64,000 bases of DNA, from assembly GCA_039208735.1 (NCBI GenBank), contig JBCCQY010000001.1, positions 32,001 through 96,000 on the forward strand, written 5' to 3'. This document shows positions 28,007 to 38,028 of this stretch, in pieces. The position numbers and the translations under genes were made by a program. The DNA comes from Myxococcota bacterium. GTDB taxonomy: Bacteria > Myxococcota_A > UBA796 > GCA-2862545. Position 1 is the first letter of the stretch, and each line of letters begins with the position of its first letter. The notes under the pieces are model-generated. The model saw only the letters and a list, made by a program, of their open reading frames with translations. It was not told the origin of the DNA and did not search any database.

Positions 28007-30412
28007 TCAGTTCACCCCGGCGGGGTTTGATGCATGTAAGGCGATGGCTACCGTGTCGGGAACCTGGGCGGTCAACTGGTGCACCATGGCGGGTTGGCAA
28101 GTTAGAAAGAGGATTTGTTGCGATGTTGCGATCGTTCCGATCACCCGAATGAGGCCTTCAGTACGTTCGACATCCTGATGGACGAGCACATCGTCGAGCA
28201 CGAGCGGCAAGGGGACCCGCAGTCCGTGTTCGGCGGCGAGTGCGAAGCGAACGACCAGGTAGGTGAGGTCTCGGGTGCCGCGAGACAGGTGATGAGGCGG
28301 TATTGCGGCGCCATCTTGGGCCTCGACGAACAATTCGCCCCCCTCGGCTCGCAGGCCAACCCATGCGCCAGCGGTGGCTTCGCGCATCCACTCCGATGCG
28401 CGCTCCATGACGGAGGGCTGCTGCTGGTCGACGAACGTAGCGTAGGTCTGGTCGAGGAGCGCTCGGGCCACGTAGACTTCTGCGATGTCGTCGAGAATGG
28501 CGTCGCGTTCGGCCTTGGCCGCTTCGACGTCATGGGCGGCTTCGACGACGCTCGTGGCCTGCTCGATCTCGTGGCGTTGCAGCTGGATGGCCCCCAAGGT
28601 GCGCTGTGCATCGGCCAGTTCGGCGCTGAGCGCGACGGCCTGACGATGGACCGCCTGTTGCTCACCATCGAGGGCCCGGCGGGCATCGGCGGGGGCCGGC
28701 GTGGTGCCGAGCAGCTCTCGGAATGCGGCATCGACCGCCTCGTTTCCGGCTGCCATCCGTTCGTCGTGACGGGCCAAGGTCTCGCGGACGGCCTGTTGGC
28801 GGAGCGTGAGGCGCTCGAGTTCGGCCCTGTCGTCGGACCACCGCGGAACCTCGTTGGCCAAGGCCAAGGCCTCGTCGAAGTCGGTCGGCTCGGAGCGACC
28901 CAGCAGGTTGGCGGCCTCTATCCCCCCCGCGACCCACTGGCGGATAGGGGTTTGCGGTTCCTCCGCCTCGTGTCGAAGGCGCACGACCTCGTCGGCCAGG
29001 GGACCGAGACGTTCGACGTCTTGACGGAGCATGTCGAGGGAATCGGGGTCGTCGGGCAGTCCGGCTGGGCCCTCGGCGGCCAGGGTGCTCGTGAGCCGTC
29101 CCTGACAGGCCTCGAGGTGCGCAATGGCCTGGGTTTGCGACTGCTGGACGGACAACTGGGCTGCGGCGATGCGGTGTTGGCGAACCCTCGCAAATGCCAC
29201 CCCGAATGCCAGGCCTGTCACCGCCAGTGCGACGGCCCAAAGGAGTTCTCCAACCGGCCGGAACGCAACGACCGCACCCAGCGCGGCCAATCCCGCTGCG
29301 ACGAGCAATCCCCAAGGCAGAGCCGGGGCTTGGGGTTGCCGATTCGCTTCCCTGTCGACCGCTTGCCGGGCCCGGAGTACCTCTTGACCAAGGGACTGTA
29401 GGGTAGACCATGGCATGGTGCGCAGGTCGGTGAGGGGCCAAGTCTTGGCCGCCGACGCCGCCGCTTGCTGGTCGAAGGTGGCCTCGGCTTGAGCAAGCGC
29501 GCGCTGGGCTTGGATCACGATCTCGCGTTGCTTGGCGATCGCCGAGTGTTGTTGAGCCCATGCGATGACGGAAGGGCCTTCGGCCGAAGGGGATTCGGGC
29601 CATCGTTCGGTGATCGCGCGGGCCGAGGCGGTGAGTTCATCGAGTCGACGTGTGGGCTCGAGGCGCTCCTGACGCAGCGCCTCCCGAGCGTCGAGTTGTT
29701 CCGACACCGTGCGAAGGCGGGTGCGACGTTGCTCGAGATCGCGGATGGCCTCCTCGATTTCCGCAACTTGAGCGCGCGTGGTGCGCTCTTGGCTCACCAC
29801 ACCAGGCAGGGTCATGGCGACGGACTGCGCTTCGCCAAGGGCTGCTTTTCGGGCTTGGAGTTGCTGGGTGGCTCGATTGAGATCCGCGTCGGCCCGGCGC
29901 GTGTTCAAGCCCAAGTCCAACAGGCGGCGCTTCCAGCGCTTGCGAATGCCCGCGACATCAACCTCGCGGCCCACCACCGCGGCAGCGAGCAACGTGTCGC
30001 GCAGCGCATCGTTCTCGAGAGCTTCGAGCTGCAACAGATCGTGGGCCTGGCAGGAAAACACCGCGTCGAAAGCCCGCCCATCGAAGTGGCCCAGCGCATG
30101 CCCCAGCACCGCATCGGCGACCGGAAGGCCGGCTTGTACGACCTCGAGGGCATGGTCGTGGCGGGCAATCCGAAGCCGCCCGTCGGGGGTCTGAAGGTCG
30201 ACGATGCCCCCGAGGCGGCCGCCGCGTAGCGCGACCTCATCGGGGGTCCGTTTGCGACGGGGCGCTTTGCCAAACAGCACGTGCCGAACGAACCGAACCA
30301 ACGTGGTTTTACCGGTTTCGTTGGGGCCGTGGATGACGTTGAGACCAGCTCCCAGGTCGAGGGTTCGATCCGCGAGTACGCCGTACGACTCGATGTGCAG
30401 CCGCTTGATCAC
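28007..30412 (-). CDS. YhaN-like SMC/Rad50-type ATPase (AAA_27) with long coiled coil and central TM hairpin
   Basis: GPNETGKTT Walker A, LSRGTRD signature, LVLDDVLVHQD Walker B, QILFLTC. Confidence 0.88.
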   Translation of the reverse strand: MIKRLHIESYGVLADRTLDLGAGLNVIHGPNETGKTTLVRFVRHVLFGKAPRRKRTPDEVALRGGRLGGIVDLQTPDGRLRIARHDHALEVVQAGLPVADAVLGHALGHFDGRAFDAVFSCQAHDLLQLEALENDALRDTLLAAAVVGREVDVAGIRKRWKRRLLDLGLNTRRADADLNRATQQLQARKAALGEAQSVAMTLPGVVSQERTTRAQVAEIEEAIRDLEQRRTRLRTVSEQLDAREALRQERLEPTRRLDELTASARAITERWPESPSAEGPSVIAWAQQHSAIAKQREIVIQAQRALAQAEATFDQQAAASAAKTWPLTDLRTMPWSTLQSLGQEVLRARQAVDREANRQPQAPALPWGLLVAAGLAALGAVVAFRPVGELLWAVALAVTGLAFGVAFARVRQHRIAAAQLSVQQSQTQAIAHLEACQGRLTSTLAAEGPAGLPDDPDSLDMLRQDVERLGPLADEVVRLRHEAEEPQTPIRQWVAGGIEAANLLGRSEPTDFDEALALANEVPRWSDDRAELERLTLRQQAVRETLARHDERMAAGNEAVDAAFRELLGTTPAPADARRALDGEQQAVHRQAVALSAELADAQRTLGAIQLQRHEIEQATSVVEAAHDVEAAKAERDAILDDIAEVYVARALLDQTYATFVDQQQPSVMERASEWMREATAGAWVGLRAEGGELFVEAQDGAAIPPHHLSRGTRDLTYLVVRFALAAEHGLRVPLPLVLDDVLVHQDVERTEGLIRVIGTIATSQQILFLTCQPAMVHQLTAQVPDTVAIALHASNPAGVN

Positions 30413-31611
30413 GCGCCCTCCACCGTCACCGCGTCGACCGCTCGCGCCAACGCTCGGGTGAGGAGGTGGCGTTGGGCCTCGTCGTTCAGACGCTCGGCCA
30501 ACCCCCGCAATGCCGGCACTTCATCGAGTAGTGCGAGGAGATCGAGGTCTTGCCGGGCTCGACGCACCAGGGCACCGGCCAGGGTCGGCGCGTCGGAGAG
30601 GGCTTCGAGGTCGATCATGGGCTGCACGTCGAGGCGCACGTCCACCCAACGGACGGCCGGCGGGGCGGCGTCCTGGAGAATGCGCAACCATTCGTCGCGA
30701 GACAGCGAGCCGAGAGCCCGGTAATGCGTGGAACGACCTTGGATTTCGGCTCGGAGCAGCTGGAGCGCGTCCGGGGTCGATGGGATGCGTTGGGTGAGCG
30801 CCTTCACGACGTCGTCGACCGCACCCACATCGGTCGCATCGAGCAAGACTCGTTCAAAGACCACCGGCGCAAGAGCGAGTGGCTCGGTCTGCAGCTCATG
30901 GGGTGCGCCCGACACAAACAATGCCCCCCGCGAACCGCACTCTGCGAAGTGACGTCCCTGGAGATTACCGGAATATGCGACGACGGGCGGATGGGCGTGC
31001 AACACCTTCTGGTCGTGGATGTGGCCGAGCGCCCAATAGTGGAACCCGGTGGCGACCAGATCCGACAGTACACATGGGCTGTAAGGGTGGTCGAGGCCGT
31101 GTTCGTCGAGTTCAGTGTGGAGCATGGCCACATGAAGCCCCTCGCCTTCGGGGGCCGGGTAGCCGGCGGCGAGGCTTTGGGTCACCTTTCGCGAAGGGTA
31201 GGATTGGCCCGTGACGGTAACGCGGCCTCCGTCGCACGCGAAGGCATGAACCTCGGGGGCGCCGGCGCCGAAGACCACGGTGGTTTCAGGCCACTGATCG
31301 ACCGCGACGTAGCCTTCGTGAACCGGATCGTGGTTTCCATGCAGTAAGAAGAGGCGAATGCCATGCTCGGCCAACCGAGCCGCTGCGTTGCGCAATCGAA
31401 CCTGCGCGCGGACCCCACGTTCGAGACCATCGTAGATGTCGCCGCTCATTAGGACGAAGTGGCAGTTGCGCTCGATCGCGGATTCGACCAAGGCATCGAG
31501 TGCATGCAGGCTTGCATCGCGGAGCTGCTGGGCAATCTCGGGGTCGCGTCGGGCCAGACCGCGGAACGGGGCATCGAGATGAAGGTCGGCCGCGTGTACG
31601 AAACGGTACAA
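30409..31611 (-). CDS. YhaO/SbcD/Mre11-like metallophosphoesterase nuclease
   Basis: AADLHLD, GDIYD, GNHD, YWALGHIH, NLQGRH; GGAGG then TTG at 31611; GTGA overlap with the ATPase. Confidence 0.9.
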   Translation of the reverse strand: MYRFVHAADLHLDAPFRGLARRDPEIAQQLRDASLHALDALVESAIERNCHFVLMSGDIYDGLERGVRAQVRLRNAAARLAEHGIRLFLLHGNHDPVHEGYVAVDQWPETTVVFGAGAPEVHAFACDGGRVTVTGQSYPSRKVTQSLAAGYPAPEGEGLHVAMLHTELDEHGLDHPYSPCVLSDLVATGFHYWALGHIHDQKVLHAHPPVVAYSGNLQGRHFAECGSRGALFVSGAPHELQTEPLALAPVVFERVLLDATDVGAVDDVVKALTQRIPSTPDALQLLRAEIQGRSTHYRALGSLSRDEWLRILQDAAPPAVRWVDVRLDVQPMIDLEALSDAPTLAGALVRRARQDLDLLALLDEVPALRGLAERLNDEAQRHLLTRALARAVDAVTVEGA

Positions 31612-31719
31612 AGAACCTCCGGCGACGGTCGAAAATTGGCCGTTTCCGTAACCCATCGACGTCGGCCTACCGCAGGCGATCGCCACCACAAATCGTCCGT
31701 CTTGACGCGGTCGAATGCG

Positions 31720-33401
31720 TTAGCGCGAACCCGTGTGTGGCAAGGCAAAGCCGATCACCGAATCGCCACGCGGAAAGCCAAACAAGTTGTGCCCGCCCGC
31801 GGCGACCGCAACGAATTGGGTACCGTCGATGGCGTAGGTGATCGGGGGGGCATTTACGCCAGCCCCACAGTCGTGCGCCCATAGCTCTTTGCCACTGGCT
31901 GCGTCAAAGGCTGAAAGTTCCCCGGTGCCCTGGCCCATAAAGACCAGTCCCCTCGGGCGAGGGCCGTTCGCGCAGCGAGTAGGTGGTGGGCATATGGATG
32001 CCCATCACGTAGACGAGGCCGCTGCTGGCATCGTACGACACCGGTGACCACGAGGTTCCGCCGGCAGCGCCGGGGGCAATGGTTACGCCTCGAGGGGTGG
32101 GGGGCCGAAACAGATTGCAGTGGGGCACGTAGTGGTCCGATTTGTACAGCAATTCGCCCGTGACGCGATCGTGCACGTAGAACCAGCCCGTCTTGGAGGC
32201 TTCCCCAACCGCCTTTACGGTGCGCCCCTCGTGCTCGACGTCGAACAGCACAGGAGGGCTTCCCGCACCGTAGCCTCACAGATCGTGAGGAACCTGCTGG
32301 TAATACCAGTTCAGGGTGCCCGTTCGTGCATCGAGGGCCACCAATGAAATCGTGTAGAGGTTGTCGCCCGGTCGCGAGACCTCCTCCATCTGGGGAGCCG
32401 GGTTTCCCGTGCCAAAGAAGAGCACGCCCATTTCGGCGTCCAGCGCTGGGGTTGACCACAACGATCCTCCGCCGACCTTCCAAGCGTTGGGGTACGCCTG
32501 CATTTGGGCCTTCTCCTCTGCGATGTCGCGGTAGAGGCGCGCACCATCTGGCGTTTCCGTACGCCACACGCCTTCCCAGCCCTCGGCTTTGGTGGTGTAC
32601 GAGCGCCACCGTTCTTCGCCGGTTTGGGTGTCGTAGGCAGCGAGGTACCCGCGGCGTCCGAATGCGCCTTCGAGGCCAATGACCGCTCCTACGCCATCTC
32701 CGCTCTCTCGTTCGACGTGGAGGCCATATCCGGCCCCTGTGACGCCCGCGATGACGAGCCCATCGAAGACCAGTGGCGCCATGTTCGCCCCAAGCCCACT
32801 CGAGCCCGTGGGTTTGCGACTGCGGAGAGGGTCATCCGCAGCGAGATCCGCCACCGACCTCGGTCGGTTTGGTATCGGCAACGGCCATGGGCACGTCCCA
32901 GAGGACGCTTCCGGTTTGCGCATCGAGCGCGATGAGGCGTGCATCGGCGGTGGCCATGTAGACCGCCCCGTAGCCCACCGAAACCCCCCGGTTTGCCGGG
33001 CCACAACAGAGCTTGCCGGGTCGGTATTCGTGGGCATAGCGCCACTTCTCGACCCCGGTGGCCGCATCGAGGGCCACCACGTGGTTTTTGGGGGTGGAGA
33101 GGTACATCATACCGTCGGCCACGATCGGGCTCGCTTGGAAGCTCGCTTTGATCCCGGTGTGGTAGGTCCAACGTGGTTCGAGCTGGCCCACTTTGCCGCG
33201 ATGGACCTGGTCGAGTGTCGAAAAGCGCTGGTTTTCGTAGTTGTGCCCGTACGTGACCCAATCCGACGAGGTGCTCGAGGCATCGCGCAGCCTGCCCTCG
33301 TCCACCGCCATCGCGGGGGGCGCCAGCCCCAGCAGCGCACCGCAGACCCAGTGTTGAATGCTGCATACCTGAATGGTTCGCCTCGGGTCTTGCCGTTGCA
33401 T
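31720..33401 (-). pseudogene. PQQ-dependent alcohol/methanol dehydrogenase-family pseudogene
   Basis: YGHNYENQRFSTL, LCCGPANRG, RPGDNLYT, VPHDL*, FVAVAAGG spread over four ORFs: +1 frameshift near 32858, in-frame TGA at 32276-32278, deletion/frameshift near 31950. Confidence 0.88.
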
Positions 33402-33500
33402 GCCTGTCTCCCGGATGGTCCACGAAGCTTCGCATCGATGCGACGGTCCGGTCGATCGGCAAGTTGACGGATTTGATATGGCCCCGCGGTGGAGAGCCTC

Positions 33501-34349
33501 ATGGTCTTGTTTCGCCTTGCCCTCATTGCGCTCGTTGGTTGCTCGGCTAACTCGGAGAACCCGACGCCCAGCCCCTCCGAGCCCGCGCAATTCCCTTCCG
33601 TCGAGGCGTTCGACGTCGAGGGGCCCTACGACACGGTCATCGATGACATCAACGACTGCACGGTGCACCGACCGGCTGAACTCGGCACGGCGGGCCTTGC
33701 CCATCCCATCGTCCTGTGGGGCAACGGAACCACCGCCACTCCGGCCGTCTACGCGGAGCTGCTCGCCCACTTGGCGAGCCATGGGTTTGTCGTTGCGGCA
33801 GCCAACACTTCGAATGCGGGAAGTGGCGCTGAAATGCTAGATTGCCTCGATGAGCTGACGGTGCGGCAGGGCGAAACGGGTGACGCCTACTTCGAATGGC
33901 TCGATCTTACGAGCGTCGGCGCGAGTGGGCACTCTCAGGGGGGCGCAGGGGCGCTGATGGTGGGTGCAGAGCCTGGGGTTCGCACGAGTGCGCCGCTTCA
34001 GCCCTACATCGACCCCATTCCGTTTGGAGGCCGCTTCGAACGGGAGGCGCTTGCCAATCAGACCGGTCCGTTGGCGCTGTTTTCGGGCGGGTCGGACCAA
34101 ATCGCATCACCCGATGAACAGCAGCAGCCGGTCTTCGACGAGGCCAATATCTACACCGTGTGGGCCACTCTGCTTTCCGCCAGTCACTTCGAGCCCATTG
34201 GGGATGCGGGTCGCTACCGAGGACCCCTCACCGCCTGGTTCCGCAGTGAGCTGATGGACGATGTCGACGCCCGAGCCCGGTTCGAGGGAGCGTGTGCGCT
34301 TTGCGATGATGCAGACTGGACCCTCGAGACCAACGACGTTGGACGATGA
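33501..34349 (+). CDS. Cutinase/lipase-like alpha/beta hydrolase lipoprotein
   Basis: Lipobox LVGC; PIVLWGNGT, ASHGFVV, GHSQGG (Ser), SGGSD (Asp), SHFEP (His), C-terminal CALC. Confidence 0.88.
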   Translation: MVLFRLALIALVGCSANSENPTPSPSEPAQFPSVEAFDVEGPYDTVIDDINDCTVHRPAELGTAGLAHPIVLWGNGTTATPAVYAELLAHLASHGFVVAAANTSNAGSGAEMLDCLDELTVRQGETGDAYFEWLDLTSVGASGHSQGGAGALMVGAEPGVRTSAPLQPYIDPIPFGGRFEREALANQTGPLALFSGGSDQIASPDEQQQPVFDEANIYTVWATLLSASHFEPIGDAGRYRGPLTAWFRSELMDDVDARARFEGACALCDDADWTLETNDVGR

Positions 34350-34355
34350 TCAGAC

Positions 34356-34411
34356 TCGCGCAAGCTTTGCTTGCTGCTGTTCTGATTTCGCGCAAGCTCC
34401 GCTTGCCGCTG
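34356..34411. repeat. Two tandem 24-bp hairpin-containing repeats (period 32 bp), REP-like
   Basis: tcgcGCAAGCtttGCTTGCtgctg and tcgcGCAAGCtccGCTTGCcgctg between convergent genes. Confidence 0.7.
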
Positions 34412-34539
34412 ATCGGAGCTGCCGATACGCGGTCCATCAAGGCGCCCACCGCCCCGCCGGAACCAGGCTCGTGAGGCCGTAAGCCCGCTACGTGGCCCGG
34501 CGCCAGGCCACGCGAACGTGCCAACCCCGCTCCTTTGGA

Positions 34540-35370
34540 TCAGGGTACTGCGAATCCAAAATCGACGACCACCGGGTAGTGATCGCTGGCGCGCTCGGTC
34601 TCCGGCGTATGCACCACCTCACCACCCACAACCTCGATCTCTTTGCTGACGAGGACGTGGTCGATGCGCATGGCGGAGCGTTTGTCGGTGTCGAGCAGGT
34701 CTGTCGGGATGGTGTAGCGTCGGCCCGATTCGGGTACGCCATCGTGGAGTCCTAGACGTGCGAGCGCAGCAAACACCAGTTTTCCGCTATCGATAAATCC
34801 GTCTACCGCCGCAATGGGATCGCGGGAGAACCGCTGGAAGGCTTCAATCAGGGCGTCGCGGTCTGGCACATCGGCAGGGTGGATGCAATTGAGGTCACCC
34901 GCGAGGATGCGGGGGCCTGAACTTCCGGTGAGCAGACGAATGAAGTCGAGCGCCTTGTTGCCGGGCCATCGACCGGGGTGGGGATGGTAGGACGCGATGG
35001 TCAGTTCGCCGACGCCCCCGTCCAATCGTGCGACCAGCCCACCGCGGTTGTAGATGCGCATCTCGCGTTGCTCGACGATGGGTAGTCGGCTCAAAATCGC
35101 GTTGCCCCAGGCCCCGTCGTACAGCGCTGCCGCATGGTGGGGAAACCCGAAAAGGCCAGCGTAGTCCACCCGTTTTCCCTGGTACAGGCGGCAAAACAGC
35201 GCCTCATTCAGCACCAGTACATCGGGTTTCAGGGCGTGGACCACCGCGACCGCTGCCTGAACCCGGTCGCGGTCGATCTGGCGCCGCTCGGGAACCCGCC
35301 GACCGCGGGCTCGTGTCGAGACGGGACGCAATCCTTCGAGGAGGTTGTAGCAGAGCAAGCGTAGCTTCAC
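34540..35370 (-). CDS. Endonuclease/exonuclease/phosphatase (EEP) family protein
   Basis: YNL, PDVLVLNE, GNAILSR, AGDLN, RIDHVL, ASDHYPV. Confidence 0.9.
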   Translation of the reverse strand: MKLRLLCYNLLEGLRPVSTRARGRRVPERRQIDRDRVQAAVAVVHALKPDVLVLNEALFCRLYQGKRVDYAGLFGFPHHAAALYDGAWGNAILSRLPIVEQREMRIYNRGGLVARLDGGVGELTIASYHPHPGRWPGNKALDFIRLLTGSSGPRILAGDLNCIHPADVPDRDALIEAFQRFSRDPIAAVDGFIDSGKLVFAALARLGLHDGVPESGRRYTIPTDLLDTDKRSAMRIDHVLVSKEIEVVGGEVVHTPETERASDHYPVVVDFGFAVP

Positions 35371-35418
35371 GCCTCTATCCTACTCCTCCGCGTTGACGGG
35401 CGTCCGCGCGCGTCGACG

Positions 35419-36759
35419 CTACCAAGTCGTGCGCGGGCCATCGCCGCCCGTCGTACGACGCCCCACCGAGTGGTAGGTCACCGGCGTGCCCGCGAACCAC
35501 CGCGGCTCATAGATGTTGCGGCCATCAACGATGATGGGGTTGGCCATGCGGTTGGCAAACGTTTGCAGGTCGGGCGTGCGGTAGGCGCGCCACTCGGTGG
35601 CGATGACCAACACGTGGGCACCGTCGAGCGCGTCGAGCGGGTCGTCGACGACCGTGATGCCCTCGGGGCCGAGCACGGCAAGGGCGTTGTCGACCGCGGC
35701 GGGGTCGTGAACCGCACAGGCCACTCCGCTGTCACGCAGCCCCGCCACAAGGGCGGTCGCAGCACTCTCCCGCACATCATCGGTCATGGGCTTGAAGGCC
35801 AATCCCCAGACCGCGGCGCGTTTGCCCGCGGGCTCCGGTCCTAGGGCGTCGAGGGCACGTTGCAGGACGTGCAAACGCTGGACCTGGTTGACGTGGGCGG
35901 TGGCCTCCACGAGCGACTGGGTCACCCCAACGCTTCGCCCGATGGCTGAAAGGGCAGCGACGTCTTTCGGGAAGCACGAGCCGCCGTAGCCGAGCGACGC
36001 GTACAGGAAGTGGGGACCGATGCGCGAATCGCTGCCCATGCCTCGGCGAACCGAGCCCACATCGGCGCCCAAGGCTTCGCAGAGCCTTGCGAGGTCGTTC
36101 ATGAAGCTCACGCGCGAGGCAAGCATGGCGTTGCTCGCGTACTTCGTGATTTCAGCCGAGGTCGGGTCCATGACTTGTAGCCGCTTGCTGCGGACCATGA
36201 AGGGTCCGTAGAGCGCGCGCATCAACTCGGTGGCCCGCTCGGTGCGCGTGCCCACGATCACACGGTCGGGGCCCATGAAGTCCCGCACCGCGTCGCCTTG
36301 CTTGAGGAACTCGGGGTTGCTCACGAGTTCGAGGTTGGAAATGCCCCGTTCGGCGAGCCACTGGGTCAGCCGCTCGTTGGTCCCAGGGGGCACCGTGCTC
36401 TTGAGCACGACGTAGACGTGCGACCCGCCGGCATGTTCGGCGATGGATTCAAGCACCGCCTCAACCGCCGAGACATCGGCTGTGCCGTCGGCCTGCGCGG
36501 GTGTGCCCACTGCGATGAACACCGCGTCGGCATCGCGGATGCCCTCGGCCAACGACGTGGTGGCAAGCAGCCGGCGGCGTTCGCGCACGGCCTGCAGCAG
36601 GTCGTCGAGCCCGGCCTCCCAGATCGGGCTGCGCCCGTCGAGAATGGCGGCGACACGCTCCTCCGAGCGGTCCACCATGGTAACGGTGTTGCCTACGTCC
36701 GCGAAGCATGCGCCCGCGACGAGCCCCACATAGCCGGCGCCTACGATTGCGAGTTTCAT
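35419..36759 (-). CDS. ugd: UDP-glucose 6-dehydrogenase
   Basis: GAGYVGL, KSTVPPG, NPEFL, GYGGSCFPKD, GLAFKPMTDDVRES. Confidence 0.95.
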   Translation of the reverse strand: MKLAIVGAGYVGLVAGACFADVGNTVTMVDRSEERVAAILDGRSPIWEAGLDDLLQAVRERRRLLATTSLAEGIRDADAVFIAVGTPAQADGTADVSAVEAVLESIAEHAGGSHVYVVLKSTVPPGTNERLTQWLAERGISNLELVSNPEFLKQGDAVRDFMGPDRVIVGTRTERATELMRALYGPFMVRSKRLQVMDPTSAEITKYASNAMLASRVSFMNDLARLCEALGADVGSVRRGMGSDSRIGPHFLYASLGYGGSCFPKDVAALSAIGRSVGVTQSLVEATAHVNQVQRLHVLQRALDALGPEPAGKRAAVWGLAFKPMTDDVRESAATALVAGLRDSGVACAVHDPAAVDNALAVLGPEGITVVDDPLDALDGAHVLVIATEWRAYRTPDLQTFANRMANPIIVDGRNIYEPRWFAGTPVTYHSVGRRTTGGDGPRTTW

Positions 36760-36800
36760 CGCGGCGCGGGTTATCGCACGTCGCGAACCGAGGCCAGTCC

Positions 36801-37745
36801 ATGACCGCTAATGCTCCCCCCGGGCTGACCTTCGTGGTGCCCGCCCTGAACGAAGCTGAATCCCTTCCTCAACTTTTCGACGAGATTCGAGCCGCCTGCC
36901 ACACCGTCGACAAGACCTTCGAAGTCATCGTCATCGACGATGGCAGCAGCGACGGCACGGTGGATGCGGTCCGCACGGCCAGAGCTGACGACCCGCGAAT
37001 CCGCTTGATCTCGTTCACGCGGAACTTTGGAAAGGCCGCCGCCTACACCGCAGCATTCCGACGCGCTCGGGGCGCCTTGGTGGTCACCATGGATGCGGAT
37101 CTGCAGGATGACCCCTCCGAACTGCCCAAGTTGCTGATGGAACTCGAAGACCAAGATGTGGTCGTCGGTTGGAAAATGCATCGCATGGGCAACGAACCCA
37201 CGAAGACGCTGCCTTCTCGTGTGTTCAACCGTATGAACCGGCTCGTGTTCGGCGTGGCGTTTCGCGACCAGAACAGCGGGTACCGCATCATGCGGCGTGA
37301 AGTGGCGCATGCGCTTGAGCTGTCGGGCGACAACTACCGCTTCATTCCGCAACTGGCGCATCTTGCGGGGTTTCGGGTCGGAGAGGTGGGCGTGCTGCAC
37401 CGCAAGCGCGTTCACGGGGTCAGCAAGTACGGGGTGACCCGCTTCTGGACGGGCATGCTCGACCTCTTGACCGTGGGCTTTCTCGCGCGTTTTCGCCACC
37501 GTCCGCTGCACTTCTTTGGGACGGTGGGCTTGCTGCCCATCTCGGTGGGCGTGGGCCTGTTGATCTACGTCCTCGGCATGAAACTCGCCGGCGACAACTT
37601 CAGCCAACACCTGGCCGCGCTCATCATCGGCGTCACCTCTTTGCTCATTGGCGTGCAGAGCATCTTGATTGGGCTCGTTGCCGAATTGCTTGCCGCGCCC
37701 CAAGGCGATCAGTTCGTCGTCGACCGGGACGTTTCCGATGCCTGA
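36801..37745 (+). CDS. GT2 polyprenol-phosphate glycosyltransferase (ArnC/GtrB/DPM1-like)
   Basis: DDGSSDGT, RNFGKAAA, MDADLQDDP, two C-terminal TM helices. Confidence 0.9.
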   Translation: MTANAPPGLTFVVPALNEAESLPQLFDEIRAACHTVDKTFEVIVIDDGSSDGTVDAVRTARADDPRIRLISFTRNFGKAAAYTAAFRRARGALVVTMDADLQDDPSELPKLLMELEDQDVVVGWKMHRMGNEPTKTLPSRVFNRMNRLVFGVAFRDQNSGYRIMRREVAHALELSGDNYRFIPQLAHLAGFRVGEVGVLHRKRVHGVSKYGVTRFWTGMLDLLTVGFLARFRHRPLHFFGTVGLLPISVGVGLLIYVLGMKLAGDNFSQHLAALIIGVTSLLIGVQSILIGLVAELLAAPQGDQFVVDRDVSDA

Positions 37746-38028
37746 ACTCGAATGGCCCCCGTTTGACCCTGGCGCTTTGGTCGGGCTCGTCGGTGGAGTG
37801 GTGTTCTTTGGCTCGTGGGTGCTCCAAGCCATCGAAACCCGACAGGCCGGCCAGCCTGTGGTGAGCTGGCGATTCTTCGCCATGCGCATCACCGGGTCGC
37901 TGCTGCTCGTGGTCGAGTCGATCCGAGTGCAGTCGCCGGGTTTGTTCCTCGTTAATCTCGCAACGCTGGGGCTGATGGCCTACAACCTGTTTATGGCGTG
38001 GTCGGCCGAACCTGCAGAGTCAAGCTGA
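37738..38028 (+). CDS. Small membrane protein with lipid A biosynthesis N-terminal (LAB_N)-like domain
   Basis: VGLVGGVVFFGSWVLQ.IET...G..VV...FF.M...GSLLL; overlaps the GT2 stop. Confidence 0.7.
   Translation: MPELEWPPFDPGALVGLVGGVVFFGSWVLQAIETRQAGQPVVSWRFFAMRITGSLLLVVESIRVQSPGLFLVNLATLGLMAYNLFMAWSAEPAESS

Noticed and set aside
32276..32278. TGA recoded as Trp or selenocysteine in the PQQ gene
   Set aside because: TGA is a normal stop in many genes here, the position is a conserved Trp, and the gene has two other lesions.
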